Source: Planctomycetota bacterium | Lineage (GTDB): Bacteria; Planctomycetota; B143-G9 | Assembly (NCBI GenBank): GCA_034521065.1 | Contig: JAXHMW010000010.1 | Location: 25,264-89,263, forward strand | Direction of reading: 5' to 3' | DNA length: 64,000 bases | Shown: piece after piece, positions 43,301-51,893 of the stretch | Layout of the letters: each line of letters starts with the position of its first letter | Position numbering within the stretch: the first letter of the stretch is position 1 | Program-made: the position numbers and the translations under genes | The notes under the pieces: model-generated | Told to the model about the DNA's origin: nothing | The model's input: the letters and a program-made list of their open reading frames with translations, nothing else | Database searches by the model: none

Positions 43301-43808
43301 TTCCACAGCGTTCGCTAAGTTCAGGAAGGAGATCAACCGCTTTCTGGATTGCTCGTTGAGCGTCATCACGGTCAATGTCAATGTCGTCGAATTCTTCGTT
43401 ATATCTTCCCAAGAGCTCAGACAAAAAATCGAAGTTTAGTTGTAGAGTGTCAGGCCTAATCTCTACGTTCATCTCTTCTTCAGAATCATCAATATCACAT
43501 ACAGCATATGCGAGAGGAGCAGCAAATTGTCTCTCTCGCATCTCTGTATCTGCATATCCAAACAGAGTGCCAATGCCAACGAAGAGCTGATCATCTGGTG
43601 ATCGTCTTGTTATGTCGCAGACTGCTCTTAGCCACTTGAACTCGTCAACTGCTTCATCGCGCCTGATTCTTGACAACTGCTCAGGTAGCGGAAGGACATT
43701 AGCAGCGTTTTTCCTTTTTCGCTTCCGATATAGAACATTTGAGAAAGCGGTTCCGACCGACACCTTGCGGCTTATATCTCGCAAGTATCTGATATACGAC
43801 TTTATCAT
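40398..43808 (-). CDS. SF1 (DNA2/NAM7-like) helicase fused to a C-terminal Vsr/DUF559-like endonuclease
   Basis: QGPPGTGKS, DEASQ, GDHKQL, LNEHYRS, QGHEKE, RMNVAFSRAK; C-terminal ESDFE..RLDF..AIEVDG..H..LKRAGW. Confidence 0.88.
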   Translation of the reverse strand: MIKSYIRYLRDISRKVSVGTAFSNVLYRKRKRKNAANVLPLPEQLSRIRRDEAVDEFKWLRAVCDITRRSPDDQLFVGIGTLFGYADTEMRERQFAAPLAYAVCDIDDSEEEMNVEIRPDTLQLNFDFLSELLGRYNEEFDDIDIDRDDAQRAIQKAVDLLPELSERCGKEFDKISEDIWRTLNGEFEEFGDNISLLSQFKSTDEIPATLLETNPETAEPCFYVYLHTLFVAKVPDSLSTYTSLNQLKRSLSGSASQHLALNKLLSSLRDPEKIIYPERDQKIERDVEEAIQDFIPYSLSDSQVEAVKNAFSMDFSYIQGPPGTGKSFTIFNILLCALIMKKTVLVVSQKKPALDVICESMSKVTELTDSGPAILHYSYGKSRRKLKVIVDRLIKFAESSLRSWEPNTLERQISEIKKSIGELNAEIDKYTDKKKKFLDEAKHHRDAQEKFSDLKKRFLDEEEIEISREFHIEHRLKPDRLSRFSRNFAENTADSDESSLLDLAYATKLSTLAKEMSVGLHNCCNPPVFAATFDSFAEIYETSYTADECSRKLERTPYSQITHKLDELIQERHKACEKFFELLPKYAFLNAFSSDPYQMKDQMVRLKGMLHNVRADLVESKQRKLDFSILLELLPLWTGEVRHLSRLLPMQECLFDIVIVDEASQVNIPEVFPALYRGKNIVVVGDHKQLGLSSTGIGFKFTKKYDQLMWEKHISSKSDAAISYSDGVKRKLAVSQASILDFMMSESQNAEIQEVVLNEHYRSLPALAAFTNISFYDKTLAIMTETPEKVERAVFKPVRVRGRRATDTGKKINYQEASKVVSIVQGILKDKQKYRANQQVTTIPEHVAATQCTVGIISIIRDHANYIKEKLHSLEGKNGYDSLELVCGTPEELQGHEKEVIIITACLDNDSKGFGHFNKPDRMNVAFSRAKSFVFFVYSNIPPDFTRVRQYLSHFTPSLDEQSICGGEYSMPASALNPVTWEFRQELMESDFERKVYRFIKEKIIADNPQFVVYNQVETCGQKRLDFVVFNKNNKKFVAIEVDGARHFDNDMEYSQQHLDRMYILKRAGWKIINTPYHRWYNNGWLCDEDDPANAEEQRRLERLIHNALRDDNEKSTDAFEPENADSKQSQTRYSG

Positions 43809-44245
43809 CGAAGAGCCTCATCAATAGGTTTGCGGAACTCTTTAATAATCTTCGATTGAGCACTCTTGGTCTCATCTATACTTGCTTGAGCTTTACTTAG
43901 TATCTTCTCTTCTGAATTGTTTATACACGCCTTCAATTCGCTTTCTGCTGTTCTCAGACTTCTGTCCACGCTGGTCTGAACATTGAGCATAGCTTCGCCA
44001 GTCCGCTCTGAGAAGTCTGAAAACAGGTCGTCATTCTCTTGAATTACTTGTTTTCTCGTTTTCTCGGTTTCTTCGGCTATCGAGGTGTTGAGTTTCTTGA
44101 AGCGCGTGTCAATGTCTTTCTTTAGTACCTTAATACTCCATGCTCGTGCTTGCTTGTTAGTGACAAGAACAATCACAATTAGAATCAGGTTGACTAAGCC
44201 AAGCGCAGAAGCAACAATTCCCATAATCATTGCTGGGTCTTTCAT
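43805..44245 (-). CDS. Membrane-anchored coiled-coil protein, translationally coupled to the helicase
   Basis: GGAGG RBS, N-terminal TM, ATGA overlap. Confidence 0.7.
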   Translation of the reverse strand: MKDPAMIMGIVASALGLVNLILIVIVLVTNKQARAWSIKVLKKDIDTRFKKLNTSIAEETEKTRKQVIQENDDLFSDFSERTGEAMLNVQTSVDRSLRTAESELKACINNSEEKILSKAQASIDETKSAQSKIIKEFRKPIDEALR

Positions 44246-44437
44246 TTGCCCTCCAAAGGTCAGTGAGACAGAGGATGTTAGCGGTCACCTATCTCGTTCT
44301 CAACCAAGAGCAACCGATTTCTCCCTAATTCTCAGCGTCTGAACGGGTAACACAGGCTACTTCGGATGATTTGCGCGAGCGCAAGGCAATTCTACATTGT
44401 ATTCCCATATAGTCAACCGATGTCGGCCAGGAAAGGT

Positions 44438-44885
44438 TAACCCGTCCCCTTCGTCTGGACAGAAACCTTCCTCCGAATTTGGTTGAAGATCCGAATCTCC
44501 TGAGTTGACATGATGTTTCCGCAGTGGAGGCGAAGCGAAACATATAGGTGTTGTTGGACGTATCCTGATACCGCACAAGGTTCTCCACGCTACAAATGCC
44601 GAACGCCGTTTTCAAACTTCTCTTCCCCCTTCAGGAATACTCTACACTCGAAAAGCATAAAACACAAACATTCCAGTCGTACTGGAATGCCTCGTTTGTG
44701 CCCTAGCTCAGCAAGTTGCCGTTGTTGTCGTAGGTATAAGGGCGAAGGTCTCTACTCTTCACAGTCACGCCGAAAAACTGCGTCTCTTTCTTCTCATTCT
44801 CATCTCCGTTCAGGGCTCGCGAGCCCCATTGTAGCAGGAGATTCCTCCACCTTAAGCACCTGTCCAGTTTTTGGGGACAAGCTCA
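44438..44885 (-). mobile_element. Non-autonomous IS3 derivative with both ends and an RHS-like interior
   Basis: IRL TGAGCTTGTCCCCAAAAACTGGACAG and IRR TAACCCGTCCCCTTCGTCTGGACAG; interior PYTYDNNGNLLS*GTNEAFQYDW. Confidence 0.75.
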
Positions 44886-44909
44886 GTTGTCGAAAGCTCG
44901 ACCGGTGCC

Positions 44910-45086
44910 GTCCATGCAGGACACCCAAGTTAAGGCATTTTGACGGTGCTTGGTAACTGATATCACACGGTTCCACCGTTCGCCTGCTTTAGCATGCCTG
45001 TGCGGCTCGCACGTCGATGCTCGGCACCCAACTTAAATCGTGCTGATGGTGGCTGGCGGCCGCTATCGCAGGTATTCTTCCGTTCG
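44910..45086 (-). repeat. About 1.7 units of the 99-100 bp hairpin repeat family
   Basis: Reverse complement shares AATACCTGCGATAGCGGCCGCCAGCCACCATCAGCACGATTTAAGTTGGGTGCC with 49194-49247. Confidence 0.8.
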
Positions 45087-45288
45087 ACGACGACCATCTC
45101 CAGCAAATTTACCGCAATGAAGTGCTACGTCTTGGTCTGGGAACCCATGTACGGGCAGACCCACGTGCCTGCTTTCTTCTGGTCCATTGGTGGTTCCACT
45201 GAGGAACGCGGAGGGCAAATCACTCCCGGCTCGTGCTCGGTTCCGGCTTCGTCTGTGGCCGTTGAAAAGGGCTGCGGCGGTCGCCGAG

Positions 45289-46548
45289 TTACACGCCGGA
45301 ATGGGGCAGGATCATATCCGAATAGGTTTCTATGAAAAACCTGTCCGTCATACCGGCCACGAAATCTACCGCAAGTTGTGCGGTTGAGTGTTTTTCTGCT
45401 TCGGCCACATCCTGCGTGACAAACTTGCGAAGAACTCTTCTCCAGTGGTTAATGTTGAAACGAGTGAGTTCGTAATCCGCACCGCCTTCATCGCCCTGTC
45501 TTATCCGTGCGATCTGGCGGGAGATGTTTGCGAGCATCTGCACCATTCCCTGCATTATCTGGGCAGTGGAGTTTCTCGCAGTGCCCTCGTGCTCGTAGAT
45601 GTGCTTGTAGTTGAATTTCATAAGCGAGTTCATAGCCTCGGCGGTTCTGTCGTCAAGGCGCAACACCGGGTCGGATATCCCTGATGAAGAGTTCTCGATG
45701 ACCGATGTGATAAGTGCCCTCATCACGGTTCGGTTCGTCGTTCCAAGTACATCCCGAACGGACTTGTCCAGCATATCGGGTGAAACCACGCCGATGTAAC
45801 ACCCGTCCTCGAAATCTCGCCCAAGATAGGCGATGCGGTCGGAAAGCGCCACAACACAACCTTCGATGGTGACCGGGTTCTCCCCGCTCTTTTGGGAAAA
45901 GTGCCGAGGGTTGGCTCGCGGGCGATATTCGCTCGTATCGCGTTCTCCGTCGTGGTGGACTATTCCATCGCGGACGGCGAAGGTAAGGTTCAGACCGGGG
46001 CGAACGATCCCTTCAACATCCCGTCGTTCGAGCAGGTCAACTATGCGCAGGCTGTGTTGCGCGTGTTTGAAGGTGTAACTCCCTTCACGAGCCCCTTCGA
46101 GTTTCGAGAATTCTTTTCTTATATCGTCGTCCTCGTCACTGTTCGCGAGGTGGTTCACCGCCTGTGCAATGGCCTTTTCGCCGAGGTGACCGAACGGGGC
46201 GTGTCCGAGGTCGTGGCCCATGGCTATGCAGGTAGTAAGGTCAGTGTTCAGGTTCAGAGCCTCTGCGATCGTGCGTGCTGTAGAGGCCACAAGAAGCGAG
46301 TGCTCCATACGTGTGCAGACGTGGTCGTCGGATGGTGCGACGAACACCTGTGTCTTGTTGCGCAATCGCCGAAACGCGAGGCTGTGAAGAATTCGCGTGT
46401 AGTCTCGCTTGAATGCCGTTCGAACGTCACATGGTTCCTCTTCGAACTGCCTTGAGGCGAAGAGTTCATCGGTCGAAAGCGTAGCCGCAGAGCCAGCGAA
46501 CTGGCTGCGTTCGAGCTCTTCGAGTTTCTGTCTTACGGATTTACTCAT
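45289..46548 (-). CDS. dgt: dGTP triphosphohydrolase (HD superfamily)
   Basis: RDYTRILHSLAFRRLRNKTQVF, TRMEHS, GHDLGHAPFGH, GLNLTFAVRDGI, SDRIAY. Confidence 0.9.
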   Translation of the reverse strand: MSKSVRQKLEELERSQFAGSAATLSTDELFASRQFEEEPCDVRTAFKRDYTRILHSLAFRRLRNKTQVFVAPSDDHVCTRMEHSLLVASTARTIAEALNLNTDLTTCIAMGHDLGHAPFGHLGEKAIAQAVNHLANSDEDDDIRKEFSKLEGAREGSYTFKHAQHSLRIVDLLERRDVEGIVRPGLNLTFAVRDGIVHHDGERDTSEYRPRANPRHFSQKSGENPVTIEGCVVALSDRIAYLGRDFEDGCYIGVVSPDMLDKSVRDVLGTTNRTVMRALITSVIENSSSGISDPVLRLDDRTAEAMNSLMKFNYKHIYEHEGTARNSTAQIMQGMVQMLANISRQIARIRQGDEGGADYELTRFNINHWRRVLRKFVTQDVAEAEKHSTAQLAVDFVAGMTDRFFIETYSDMILPHSGV

Positions 46549-47151
46549 AGTTTCCACCAAAATGCTTCTCGGCGAGGTCGGCCATCTGCACGGCGAACTC
46601 GGATACATCCGGGCAGGATTCGAGCTTGCGCCACGCCTCACGGCCGAACGACACGTAGTGGTCACTCGATGGCGGGGTTCTTTCGCCCTTCGCAACTGCC
46701 GTGCGAACGCAGTCTGCAAGTGTCCTGGCAGGGAATGGCAGTATTGGAAGTCGAAAAGACCTGCGACAAGCGGGTTGTCGCAGCCGAACATCAGAGACCG
46801 AGGGTCGGCCTTGTATGCGACGACCGGTTTGCGATGCGACCACGCGATTGCGGCCTCTGAAACCGCGCCCTCGTCCGGTACGCGGCCGTTTAGGTTCATC
46901 ACCAGGGCGTCGCAGCCCTCCACTACCTGAAAAACGTCCATGCAGAATATCAACAGCGAAAGATGCCGGGAAGCCTCTTCCGCCGACATTCCGTTCTCTG
47001 ACAGTTGTTCCTTACAAAGGCGCATCTCTATTCCGTCGCGATGCGGAAGAAAGGTCTCATAGCCGTCGGCCTCAAGTGCCTTTGCGATGGCCGCCATCTC
47101 CGCTCGTTCGGCTTTGTTGAACAACGGGCCGGCACAATAAATCCTTGTCAT
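46541..47151 (-). CDS. Nucleoside 2-deoxyribosyltransferase family protein (apparent frameshift near 46730)
   Basis: IYCAGPLFN, FLPH, DEGAVSEAAIA, KPVVAY, NPLV; a plausible C-terminus in ORF 46541-46843 ends ATGAGTAA over the dgt start. Confidence 0.8.
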
Positions 47152-47165
47152 CTTCGTGCTACCTC

Positions 47166-47652
47166 TTAGTTGATTCCATTCGCAGGTTCAAGTTTCCAGA
47201 CCAGGCGCATTCCCATGCCGCTCAGAAACTGCAGGGTCTCGGTCTGCGGTACCCGCCAGCCTTCTTCGCCAAGTTCGTTGATGCGCTCGTACCAGCAGTC
47301 GAGATAGAGGTCGCGCCTCTCGGTTGCTGTCAGAAACCTGTCTCCAACTTTATCGGCGTAGATCTTGCGCGTTGCGCCATCAACAAGGTTACCGTTGCCT
47401 ATCTTGTAGTCAACTGTAAACGCTGGCTTACCGTCCGATACGTACCGCATGAATCCCAGTCCGCCCTTTCGCTCCTTGTCTTTTTCGTACAAATGCTTGG
47501 CGAAGTAAATCCAGCCCTCGCGTCCGAGTTCGTCGAAAAATCGCCTCAACCGTAGTCGCGAAGGTAGTCGGATCCGTCCAAGCCTGCAACTCCTGCAGCG
47601 GAGTGTAGAAGGTCTCGTAAATGTTACGGAACTGATATTCTACCTGAAGGTC
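47166..47652 (-). pseudogene. 3' part of a hypothetical gene truncated by the IS
   Basis: ORF 47166-47549 has coding-like composition and no clear RBS or start; abuts the IS right end. Confidence 0.5.
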
Positions 47653-47686
47653 TGACCTGCCCCCGTTCTTCTGGTTTCAGCCTGTT

Positions 47687-48594
47687 TCATGAGAGTTTCA
47701 CCGCTGGTTCTCCGCACACACACGCCTTTTGGAGGGCGAGAGGATTCGCACGTGCGAATCCGCGAGTCCGACAAAAGGCGGCGCGCTCGGAAGGGGTTTG
47801 GTTGTCGAGCGAGCTGTGACGACGCTTCTTATTGTAGTACTCCTTCCACTTGCCGGCAAGCTTCTTCAACTCGCCGAGGCTGTTGAAAATCTCCATGTTC
47901 AGAAACTCGTCCCTCAAACGGCTGTTGAAAGATTCCACGAACCCGTTCTCCCAGGGGCTTCCGGGCTCGATGAAAAGCGTGCCGACCTCGATTGACGACA
48001 GCCAGTTTCGAACTTTCAAAGCAGTAAACTCCGAACCGTTATCGGAGCGAATGAACTTCGGCGAGCCCCGCTCCAGCATCAGCTTCCCAAGGACATCCAA
48101 GACATCTTCTCCTGTGAAACGGAAGCCCGCTTCCAGCGCGAGACACTCGCGGCTGAACTCATCGACAACCGCAAGGATCTTCACCATGCGCCCGTCCGAA
48201 AGGCGGTCGAAAACAAAATCATAGCTCCACACATCGTTAAGACCATCGGACTCTTCTTCGAACAACTTCCGCTTGAATCGCCTAAAACACCCTTCTTACG
48301 CCGTTTGCGGGGCACCCTGAGTCCTTCGCGCTTCCAGAGCCTGTGGACTCTCTTCACGTTGACGTCCCATCCTTCGCCCTGAAGCTCAGCGGCGATCCTG
48401 CGGTATCCATACCTCGGAAACGACGCGACAAGCTCGTGAATCCGCTTCACAAGAACCTCGTCGGAGTTCCGCTCGACAGGTTCGTACCTCTGGGTGGAGC
48501 GATGCTGCCCGGCCACACAGCAGGCTCGGCGCTCCGAAACCTCGTGCTTGTCCACCACCATGTCCACCGCGTTTCGCCGCCTGGCCGGGCTCAG
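47687..48594 (-). CDS. IS3 transposase OrfB, DDE (extra frameshift near 48260)
   Basis: YGYRRI, WSYDF, SDNGSEF, PGSPWENGFVESFN, YNKKRRHSSL. Confidence 0.9.
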
Positions 48595-48872
48595 AAGTTT
48601 CCCTCCGCGATGTCCTTGAGGATCTCTTTGTCGAGCATGAGGTCCGCGACCATCTTCTTCAGGCGTGTGTTTTCGATTTCGAGCTCCTTGAGCCTCTTCG
48701 CTTCCTCGGCTTTCATCCCGCCGTACTGGTTGCGCCAGCGATGGAACGTTGCCTCGCTTATCTCAAGAGCCTGGCATACCTGCCCGATGCTCTGTCCTGC
48801 GTTGAGCCTTCTTTCCGCGTCGTGAAGTTTCTTCACGATTTGCTCCGGATTGTGCCTTTTCCTGCGCTTCAT
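48591..48872 (-). CDS. IS3 transposase OrfA
   Basis: HTH TFHRWRNQYGGM plus leucine zipper RLKELEIENTRLKK. Confidence 0.92.
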   Translation of the reverse strand: MKRRKRHNPEQIVKKLHDAERRLNAGQSIGQVCQALEISEATFHRWRNQYGGMKAEEAKRLKELEIENTRLKKMVADLMLDKEILKDIAEGNF

Positions 48873-48946
48873 TTAGAGCCTCCCGACCTTTCGGCCTTCT
48901 CGGAAACTCTCATTGTAACTGGATCGATTTTTGGGGGGCATGCCAA

Positions 48947-49257
48947 GGTGTCGAGCATCGACTGCCACACAGCCATTCTAAACAAGCGAACGGGGGATAC
49001 CTGCGATAGCATTGCATCCAGCATCAGTAAGATTGTATTTGGCTGTCCAGCACGGGTGCGAGCCACACAGTCAAGATTAATCATGCATACGGGGGATACC
49101 TGGGATAGTGTTGTCTTCCACCATCAGTAAGATTTAACTTGGCTGCCCGGCACGGGTGCGAGCCGCACAGGCATGTTAAGCAGGCGAACGGGTAATACCT
49201 GCGATAGCGGCCGCCAGCCACCATCAGCACGATTTAAGTTGGGTGCCCGGCACGGGC
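48947..49257 (+). repeat. Tandem array of about 3 units with 100-bp period, each carrying a GCA-loop hairpin
   Basis: Equivalent positions at 49041, 49141 and 49241; hairpins GTCGA-GCA-TCGAC and GCCCG-GCA-CGGGC. Confidence 0.85.
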
Positions 49258-49283
49258 TTTGCCTCGCTCGTTTTCGCATGAAA

Positions 49284-49302
49284 CCAATTATTCGAGGTGG
49301 CC
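49284..49302. mobile_element. IS5-MITE terminal fragment
   Basis: CCAATTATTCGAGGTGGCC. Confidence 0.6.
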
Positions 49303-49308
49303 CAATGT

Positions 49309-50190
49309 TTACTTGAGTTGATACTTAACGACCTTGTCATCAAATGCACAGCAAGCGGTATCGGCAGAAGTCATGTACAGGAATCGAGGAGACTGGTGGA
49401 GTTTGATCAAGCCTGAACGTTGCGAATCCAGAGTTGAGTAGGCGAGATAACATCCCTTCTCTTTATCAAGGTACATCACAGAGCAAAACATGTTACCCAT
49501 TACAGCCGTGGCTTTTTTCGAAGCAACAATGCGCTCTCTTGGTTGCTCTATTGTAGCGATCTGTGTCCTTTTAACTTCATCGCTGTCAACATGAGATGAG
49601 ACAAACTCGAGCTCTCCGTTAGCAACAGTAAATCCGAGTATTCTACTACCATTATTGTAGGTCGGAAGCGGATGCTTAACGGGCTTCCCGGTACTGCCGA
49701 CATATGCAGCATCAACTCTTCTTTTCTCAAGATTAAATCCACGAATCTGGATCAGTCCAGGATAGGAGTTCATTCCATTTGGTTCCTCATCAACTGCAAA
49801 TTGATATGAATGCTTGGAATCATTGGCAGCTACAATTGTGTGCAAAACAGCTTTCCCGGTGCGAACTGGCTCTGTCCAGGCTGAAGTAACCTGACCATCA
49901 ACAGCCGATAAACCAGAATCGCTTCTACAGGACCATCCATCATTGTCGAGAAAGGCTTCATGTTTCCACTTCAGAGACAATCCACGTTCGTGTTCATATG
50001 TGTAGTAGGAAAGAACGTTATCTGAAGTGAGGACGGCAATGTTACCATTCGTGCTGTCATACGCAAATCTTTGAATGAACTTCGAGTCCATCAGCCTGAG
50101 GATTACTCGTGCCTTGTTTCTGGACAAATCAAGCACATTAAGCTCTGTTGAGGAGTCATTGGTGAAGTACATATTCGTGCCATGACACAT
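49309..50190 (-). CDS. Beta-propeller-like hypothetical protein (possibly the frameshifted C-terminal half of 50156-51460)
   Basis: Beta-rich, no signal peptide, overlaps the upstream ORF by 35 nt. Confidence 0.55.
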   Translation of the reverse strand: MCHGTNMYFTNDSSTELNVLDLSRNKARVILRLMDSKFIQRFAYDSTNGNIAVLTSDNVLSYYTYEHERGLSLKWKHEAFLDNDGWSCRSDSGLSAVDGQVTSAWTEPVRTGKAVLHTIVAANDSKHSYQFAVDEEPNGMNSYPGLIQIRGFNLEKRRVDAAYVGSTGKPVKHPLPTYNNGSRILGFTVANGELEFVSSHVDSDEVKRTQIATIEQPRERIVASKKATAVMGNMFCSVMYLDKEKGCYLAYSTLDSQRSGLIKLHQSPRFLYMTSADTACCAFDDKVVKYQLK

Positions 50191-51460
50191 AAGGTCTGGC
50201 GAGGGATATCTGAAAGCTCTCTGTCGCCGTTGCCTGAGAGGGCATCAAAGGTCGACGCAAGTCATACTCGCTAATGTTGTTGTACAAGGCATATCTATCA
50301 GACCGATATTTAACCACGTATTGAGAGTGCCCTTTCTTCCAGATCCTGAAGTATGGTAATGGGTACCTTTTTACAGTACCCGTTGAGAAGTTGATCTCAA
50401 TGCCCAGAGAATCATGCACTGAGAACAAGGTGGGATACTCCTCATCAGCTGCTGCCATGTGGAGTATATAGGATCCGACAGAGAACACTACGGCGGGATA
50501 CAACGGGACGGATATCGCTTTTGCTTTTTCGAAATCACCTTTTGGGACGATAACAACAACGTTCTCATGATCTTCCAACATTGTCGGTGGTAAATACACA
50601 AGTATGATATCCGCTGCTGCGGTTTTGATTATGGGGTGGCAGTTCTCGCTATTTGTGATTTCGAAATCGTCGATATTACTTGCGGCTCGAACGATTGTTT
50701 CAATACCGTGGTACCTTGATATGATATCGAAAGGGTTATCACGTGTAAACAACACTCGGCAGTCTGGAGTAATAGTGTCATTAGATGGCAGGATCCCTGT
50801 TAGTTGTTGGCTTCGGACTGACTTGGAAGTGCATGAGAGATCAGGGAGATTAAGGTAGGTTTCTATTGAGACTCCCCAGTTGGCAAAAGTTCCGCGCTGG
50901 AGATCGAAGAACGACGCTTCCTGTAACAAGAGTAATTCTCTCCCATTGCTGCTCAGGACTACCTGACAATCAAAATGATAGTGGTATTTGTCAATGTCAG
51001 AACTGTTAGGATAAGGACCATCACCTTCTTCATAAGATGGGAAATCGCTAAACTCAACGTCGCATACTCTCTCACCAGACAAAGAGATCCCAAGAACCCT
51101 GATAGATTCAGCGTAACGCAAACCACTATCTTTCATCTTCGGAGCGTAGCAGTAAACAGTGCTGTCCCGAAACCCAAGGAACTCCAAGCCAGATACATCA
51201 TGCTGAAAAGATGATTTCTCCCACTCATCTTCTTTGTTACGATGCCTGATGTTTACAGTGTCTCTTTCAAGATTGAGCCCTACTCCATCCGAAACAGAAG
51301 TCCAATTCCATTCGTTTCCGGGTTCTTCCACGCTGTACAACTCTGTGTAGACGAAATCTTCCCAGATCGAAGGCTTGTTTTCTTCAGACACAGACTCCTC
51401 TGCAGAGAATGCGAGAAACGCCAAACAAAGAAACACTGTGAAGACAAGTGTAAATCTCAT
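50156..51460 (-). CDS. Exported beta-rich hypothetical protein (candidate immunity)
   Basis: AAGGAGG RBS; signal peptide MRFTLVFTVFLCLAFLAFSA. Confidence 0.65.
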   Translation of the reverse strand: MRFTLVFTVFLCLAFLAFSAEESVSEENKPSIWEDFVYTELYSVEEPGNEWNWTSVSDGVGLNLERDTVNIRHRNKEDEWEKSSFQHDVSGLEFLGFRDSTVYCYAPKMKDSGLRYAESIRVLGISLSGERVCDVEFSDFPSYEEGDGPYPNSSDIDKYHYHFDCQVVLSSNGRELLLLQEASFFDLQRGTFANWGVSIETYLNLPDLSCTSKSVRSQQLTGILPSNDTITPDCRVLFTRDNPFDIISRYHGIETIVRAASNIDDFEITNSENCHPIIKTAAADIILVYLPPTMLEDHENVVVIVPKGDFEKAKAISVPLYPAVVFSVGSYILHMAAADEEYPTLFSVHDSLGIEINFSTGTVKRYPLPYFRIWKKGHSQYVVKYRSDRYALYNNISEYDLRRPLMPSQATATESFQISLARPYVSWHEYVLHQ

Positions 51461-51539
51461 TAAGTCCCCTCCTTATTGAGGTGGCCAATTTCGGGCGGCA
51501 ACACCTGCTGCCGCTTGAACCTTTACAGCTTTCTCATAA

Positions 51540-51871
51540 GGCCACCTCGAAAAATCACCGCATCCACAACCCAAGTATACAACGGATGGAGTAGCAATCA
51601 ACCAAAGAGAAGCAAGAATGCTTGAGGGATTTTTCGGCATCGACAACGTACTTGCGAGGCTCGAAAAGAAGGGCTATTTCCTTGCGAAACTGAACGGGGT
51701 CGTTGACTGGGAGGACTTTCGCCCGATCCTTCACCGCATTCGCAAGGCTGAGCGCAAAACGGACGCAAATAGCCGCATAATCCGCCAACTTACCGTCAAA
51801 TGAGCCGCAATCACGCCCCGGAGTCGAAATCTGTGCTTTTAAGACAGAACCGGGAATTGTTCGAGTTAGCC
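51540..51871 (+). mobile_element. IS5-derived MITE, full length (332 bp)
   Basis: GGCCACCTCGAA...TTCGAGTTAGCC; encodes MLEGFFGIDNVLARLEKKGYFLAKLNGVVDWEDFRPIL, an IS5 transposase N-terminus. Confidence 0.88.
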
Positions 51872-51893
51872 AAGTATCCAGTTTTTGGCAAGC

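Larger units (their letters stand above)
47653..48945 (-). mobile_element. Complete IS3-family element, IS407 group
   Basis: Termini TGGCATGCCCC and TGACCTGCCCC; orfA and orfB joined by a G-GGA-AAC slippery site. Confidence 0.92.

Noticed and set aside
45289-47151. Apparent 620-aa NDT-dGTPase fusion
   Set aside because: The linker reads like off-frame sequence. A better NDT C-terminus lies in another frame and stops over an ATG at 46548. This is most likely a 1-nt error joining two genes.
47648-48950. Target-site duplication of the IS407-group element
   Set aside because: The flanks AGGTC and AGGTG are not an exact adjacent duplication and the interrupted gene does not resume, so an adjacent deletion is more likely.
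48947-49257. CRISPR array
   Set aside because: The 100-bp units are similar along their whole length, there are no unique spacers and no cas genes are present.
51473-51486. TTATTGAGGTGGCC resembling a MITE end
   Set aside because: Only about 11 matching bases, overlapping the RBS region, and no partner end; it may be chance.
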